Assembly (NCBI GenBank): GCA_043754515.1
Contig: JAYUUO010000133.1
Coordinates: 1-12,399, forward strand
DNA: 12,399 nt
Reading direction: 5' to 3'
Source: Armatimonadota bacterium
Lineage (GTDB): Bacteria > Armatimonadota > Armatimonadia > Armatimonadales > Armatimonadaceae
Shown here: piece by piece, positions 8,674 to 12,399 of the stretch
Position numbering within the stretch: the first letter of the stretch is position 1
How the letters are laid out: each line of letters starts with the position of its first letter
Program-made: the position numbers and the translations under genes
The notes under the pieces: generated by a model
Databases searched by the model: none
What the model was told of the DNA's origin: nothing
What the model saw: only the letters and a program-made list of their open reading frames with translations

Positions 8674-8682
8674 ATTGTAGCA
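8674..8682 (-). promoter_or_regulatory. Extended -10 promoter implying a leaderless peptidase mRNA
   Basis: Minus strand TGcTACAAT-GCGCGT-ATG; no Shine-Dalgarno sequence before the ATG. Confidence 0.6.
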
Positions 8683-8720
8683 CGCGGGTACCGGGGCGTC
8701 ACCGACCGCCGCGCCCCGCA

Positions 8721-9515
8721 TCACGGGCGCAAGGCTCGCTCCCGAAGTAGCGCGTCCGCCCACGTCTCCTCCTCCGGCGTCAGCACGGGAACCGGCGGCT
8801 TGGTGTAGTCCACGCGCCGGTCGAAACCACTGCTCGAATACATCGTGGCGAACGCCGCTTGCAGATCAATCACCGCGTCGGGAAACTCCGCGGTCAGCGG
8901 CACGCTCACGCGGGGCAGTCGCTGGCGCACCGAAACCGCCCACGCTTCCATTGTGCGGTTCGCGTCCCACCGGCGCAAACACGCCGCGTATCGCCAGTCA
9001 TCGCCGAACGCCTCGTCCAGGTTCTCACGCGGCACGGCGAGGGTGTGTGCCCCGTCACGCAACAGGTCAATCTCTAGAAAATGAGTCGGGCTACGGAAGA
9101 AACCGTCGCGCTTGCGAAGGTAGGCGTCGCGCCCGTTCGACTCACGGCTCTTGTTTTTGGGACTGATCAACTCGACGACCGCAACCACCCGCTCGTTCCG
9201 ATTGCCGGTCCGCACTTCGATGTACGGCTCGTAAACCTCTTCGTCTAAAAACGTAAACGCGGCCGGGGCATCGGCGACGGTGCCGCGCCCGCTACCCATA
9301 GTGTCACGCGGCCCCGGTCGGCGAAGTAGCGTAACATCCGGGTACACCGCGTCCGGGAGCGACAGATATACTCGCTCCTCCAGCGACGCGACGAACGGCG
9401 TCGGCAACTGCGCGTTCAGTTCGTCTTTGAAGCGAATCATCAAGTCACCGTGAACGCCGCGCCAGAATCGCGTGCTTTCTAAATATGGGTCCATGCCGGG
9501 AAACGGGCTGGGCAT
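8721..9515 (-). CDS. DUF4058 family protein (putative PD-(D/E)XK-fold nuclease)
   Basis: Signature N-terminus MPSPFPGMDPYLE; PDV, IEVR...VVELISPKNK, YLRKR, LEIDLLR, LPRVSVPL and DLQAAF motifs; AGGAAG RBS. Confidence 0.92.
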   Translation of the reverse strand: MPSPFPGMDPYLESTRFWRGVHGDLMIRFKDELNAQLPTPFVASLEERVYLSLPDAVYPDVTLLRRPGPRDTMGSGRGTVADAPAAFTFLDEEVYEPYIEVRTGNRNERVVAVVELISPKNKSRESNGRDAYLRKRDGFFRSPTHFLEIDLLRDGAHTLAVPRENLDEAFGDDWRYAACLRRWDANRTMEAWAVSVRQRLPRVSVPLTAEFPDAVIDLQAAFATMYSSSGFDRRVDYTKPPVPVLTPEEETWADALLRERALRP

Positions 9516-9552
9516 AACGTTCTTCCTTTCGCCCCGCGAGGGTTACTTGGTA

Positions 9553-9558
9553 GTATAC
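9553..9558 (-). promoter_or_regulatory. Possible -10 element (TATACT) for the DUF4058 gene
   Basis: Plus-strand agtata reads TATACT on the minus strand, about 40 nt upstream of the ATG. Confidence 0.4.
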
Positions 9559-9575
9559 CGCTTCGAGTCCCGCTC

Positions 9576-9611
9576 GTGAGAGTCAGGGGCAGTACCGCCC
9601 TGGACTCTCAC
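9576..9611. repeat. Near-perfect inverted repeat (hairpin) at the edge of the Rhs locus
   Basis: GTGAGAGTCAGGGGC-AGTACC-GCCCTGGACTCTCAC; about 15-nt arms and a 6-nt loop. Confidence 0.7.
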
Positions 9612-9692
9612 TTCCTATCGAAGGCCTGATGAATGTCAAACGCCCTTAAGTGCCTTCTTAAGCCGACTGACGCTTCTAATGTGTCAGGGCTA

Positions 9693-10105
9693 TGGTCGTG
9701 CTCGAACGTGGTCTGGTTCCCCTTCGCGTCCAGCACCGCGACCAGCCGCCCCGCCGCGTCGTAGATGTTTCGGATGGGTAGGAACCCGCGCGGGTCGAGG
9801 ATCGCCGTGATCAGGTGTCGGCGGTCGTACGTATATCTTGTCGTGTCCCCCACCCGGTTCGTCACCGAGGTCAGGTCGTCGCCGCCGCTCTGGTCGTACC
9901 GGATGCTCTTGCCGTTCGGGTCCTGGATCGCCGTGATGTAGCCGGACAGCCCGCCCGAGCGCGTGATCACCACCGACTTCACTGGGTCGGTACCGGACTT
10001 GAAAACGTTCGAGGACGTGATCCCGGTCGGCGTGAACGTGAGCCTGTTGCCGCTCCGGTCCACGATCTCGAGCAGGCCCGACCCGCGCCCCGCCCCGCTA
10101 CTCGG
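9693..10105 (-). pseudogene. Internal Rhs/YD-repeat gene fragment
   Basis: GLLEIVDRSGNRLTF...ITAIQDPNGKSIRY...LTSVTNRVGDTTRYTYD...NIYDAAGRLVAVLDAKGNQTTF. It is GC-rich, with lower-GC non-Rhs sequence on both sides and no core end or toxin tip. Confidence 0.8.
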
Positions 10106-10168
10106 GGAGTCACACATTTGAACCGCAGTCCTTGCCAAAGATGGCATACGGCTATGACGTGTGCGTCT

Positions 10169-10693
10169 CTATGGCAGTTCTAAACACTGGTGAAGTATTT
10201 CGACCATTTCGTACCGAAAAGAAGGATTTACAAGATCGCTTGCCTGATCCATAAAATCAACAAAGTGACCGACGCTGAGTTGAAAATCAGAGGAGTAGTG
10301 ATCAAACTCAATAAAGAGACAAGATAGAGCACTCATTGCGTACCATTCTGATTTCTCTTTGTTCATCTCTGGCCCCAACTCTATTCTGGGAAACGATTTG
10401 TGTCCTTTACCTTCCCCTCTTCCACTATTCAGCTTTGTCAGTAAGTCATTTGACTTCTTTGCTATCACAGCGCGGGTATTTATAAGTTCTTTTTCTTTTG
10501 CCATATGTCCAAGTTGATCACGCTCATCTACGAAAACTAACATATCAGCGGGTAAGAATTCGCTCTTACGAAGAGATGTGATCATGAAATCACACCAACG
10601 TGATACATTTTCGTTCGTTAGCAAAAAAGGAGTATCTTCTTCTAACACCACTCCATAGTAGTAATCACCTATGGATATGCTTTCATCATTCAT
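10169..10693 (-). CDS. Putative immunity protein for the deaminase toxin
   Basis: AT-rich, acidic 174-aa ORF. ATG 10693 follows TAAGGA, where the toxin stop overlaps the RBS. It sits directly downstream of the toxin tip; no family recognised. Confidence 0.7.
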   Translation of the reverse strand: MNDESISIGDYYYGVVLEEDTPFLLTNENVSRWCDFMITSLRKSEFLPADMLVFVDERDQLGHMAKEKELINTRAVIAKKSNDLLTKLNSGRGEGKGHKSFPRIELGPEMNKEKSEWYAMSALSCLFIEFDHYSSDFQLSVGHFVDFMDQASDLVNPSFRYEMVEILHQCLELP

Positions 10694-10703
10694 TGGTAGA
10701 TCC

Positions 10704-11102
10704 TTACGGTAAAGGAAACGCTTCTTTTGTTCCATACGCATCTATTAATGGCTTGCACCCTTTACATGGCTCTATTACGTTCCCTCGCAAACTACCTTTG
10801 AGGAATACAGAAAGCACTTCCGCTCCTCTCAGATCATCTCGACTCTGTCCGTCGTACAAAGCATTACTAATGGCATAAGGCTCACCGCAAGCGCCTTTTG
10901 CGTTCCCCACTCCACCGACAGGTGGAGTAGTTACTATACTATCCCATTCCCGCTGGACATCAGGATGCAATGGGGGGCGCTGACCGCGCGCAGAACTCGA
11001 CGTGTATATCTTAGTAATACCATTCTTACCAGTAACCCGAAGTGCAGTTCCTACTTGTCCCATTTGCGCGCCTAAGGGAACATTGGCATCTGCGGCAGCA
11101 CC
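10704..11102 (-). CDS. Rhs C-terminal toxin domain: Zn-dependent deaminase (YwqJ-like), cut off from the Rhs body by an in-frame TAA
   Basis: LHPDVQ...GACGEPYAISNAL...IEPCKGCKPLI gives CxE (10881-10889) and PCxxC (10755-10769). Same frame as the 11103..12077 ORF, with 13 sense codons between the TAA and ATG 11063. Confidence 0.8.
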   Translation of the reverse strand, partial: GAAADANVPLGAQMGQVGTALRVTGKNGITKIYTSSSARGQRPPLHPDVQREWDSIVTTPPVGGVGNAKGACGEPYAISNALYDGQSRDDLRGAEVLSVFLKGSLRGNVIEPCKGCKPLIDAYGTKEAFPLP

Positions 11103-12397
11103 TTACAACTCCTGCAAACCATCGTCCACCGGAGAGGTCGATCCGTACGCCAGTTCATCTATAGCTATCGTGCGTTCCGCTATGTGACTGAGCGCACCAC
11201 CAGCTGATTCCGCGACGGCGTGCAGGGCTAAGACAGCGAAGAGTCCTCGGTATACCGCCAGTCCGTATTGCCTGTTGTCGATGGCATCGCTGGTTGCTTG
11301 TACCGCAGTGTATGCACCAACCCCGCCCAACAGCAGGTTCACCATTGGTATCGAGCCGGCCATGCCGAACAGGCTCCCGGCGTTCGCTCCGGCCTCGGTG
11401 GCTTTACCGACGTCACTCCAACTCTTCCCTTGGACGATAGCCTCGCCCCCACTGTAGGCCGCGCCGAATGCCTCCCCGATGAATCCCGAGCCTATGAATG
11501 GGATCTGCAACGTATCCATGAACGAATCGATGAAGATCGCCGTCAGTTCCCCGACGAGGCTCTCGGTCCCGCTCGGGTCGACCATGTTGATAGGGTCGTT
11601 CCCGGCATAGGCGTAGTCGTTGCCGTCCGCGTGCTTGGAGTCCGCCGAGATGAAACGCCCGAGCTCCGGCGAGTAGTACCGCGCCCGCAGGTAGTACAGC
11701 CCCGTCTCCGCGTCGTACTGCTGCCCGTTGTACAGCGACGGCTGGAGACCGCCGTCCCCCCCGAGCAGGTTCCCGAACCCGTCGTAACGGAAGGCTCCCC
11801 CCGCGACCGCTTGTCCCGATGCGTCCGTCACCGTCGCCGTCGAGTCGAGCCCGTCCCCGGTGTTGTAGAAGACCCCCCCGCCCAGACTGCCCGACCCGCC
11901 CCCGGCGAACAGCCCCGCCGCGTACCGCGCCGAGCGCACCGCCGAGCCGCCACGATGTGCTCCCCGAGGCCGACCAGGAACGGGAGCGCGTAGTACTGGG
12001 CCGTCTTGTCGGTCGCCGGGTCCAGGGCGACGAGCGCGTTCGATCCGTCGCGGGTCGCCACGGTGTAGAGGATCCATGCGCCGCGGATCGTCTCCAGGAA
12101 CGCCCTGCGCTCGGCCTCCGTCGCGCCGGGAGTGGGCACCGGCATCGAGATCGTCACCAGCGACGCGTTGTTGCCCGCCGTGTGCACGATGGTCGGCGCG
12201 GGCAGGGTCAGGGCGGGGTCCTGCGTCACCGCGAAGTTCACCGTGACCGCCGTCATGCCGACCGCGCCGCGGCTGTCGGTGACGCGGGCGGTCAGGGCGT
12301 GCGTGCCGACCGGGACGCGCCGCCAGTTCAGGGTGTAGGTCGCGCTCGCGGCCCGCTCAGCGGGGGAGAACCGCCGCGACCCGAGCGGCTGGCCGTC
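11103..12397 (-). pseudogene. 3' part of an Rhs toxin gene (Ig-like + Fn3-associated domains, Rhs core, hydrophobic pre-toxin linker); frameshifted at ~11945 and 5' partial
   Basis: Frame A (12397 to ~11945): YTLNW...GTHALTARVTDSRG, then PAPTI...ILYT...DGS...Y.LPF. Frame B: DGLDSTATVTDASGQ...YDGFG...YNGQQYDAETGLYYLRARYYSPELGRFISAD...YAYAGNDPINMVDPSG (DPSG at 11568-11579), then Gly/Ala-rich hydrophobic helices. Confidence 0.85.
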
Positions 12398-12399
12398 CG

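Noticed and set aside
8668..8763. N-terminal extension of the peptidase ORF
   Set aside because: It overlaps DUF4058; family similarity starts near ATG 8667, which has a -10 element just upstream.
11103..11105. Genetic-code reassignment or Sec/Pyl readthrough at the internal stop
   Set aside because: The codon is TAA, which ends asnS and other genes here normally, and the gene has a second independent lesion.
11960..12077. ORF-track N-terminus MDPLHRGDPRR... of the 324-aa Rhs ORF
   Set aside because: Out-of-frame read upstream of the frameshift; the domain-like sequence here is in the 11828..12397 frame.
1..12399. CRISPR array, tRNA/rRNA, transposase, integrase, reverse transcriptase
   Set aside because: No regularly spaced repeats or signature motifs seen by eye.

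Overview
GC-rich bacterial DNA with housekeeping genes and several accessory or conflict modules. From left to right: a 3'-truncated DUF1800-family Tat lipoprotein gene with an upstream membrane-protein gene (minus strand), then two minus-strand hypothetical genes. A single base (2225) at their junction reads CCG-ACG-ACA where an ATGA stop/start overlap is expected. Next are asnS, a solo HARE-HTH + McrA-type HNH nuclease and a HEAT-repeat protein (plus strand). A minus-strand run follows: DUF4058, peptidase T-like M20 peptidase, HEPN protein and an 83-aa BolA-like protein. The right end is a degraded Rhs polymorphic-toxin locus. It has Ig-like and Fn3-associated domains directly ahead of the Rhs core end, a frameshift at ~11945, and an in-frame TAA (11103-11105) ahead of a Zn-dependent YwqJ-like deaminase tip. 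An intact AT-rich putative immunity gene and a displaced YD-repeat fragment follow. Best novelty candidates: the HEPN/BolA-like pair, the Rhs-deaminase/immunity module, the HARE-HTH-HNH nuclease and the 2225 site. All family assignments come from motif recognition by eye, not database searches.
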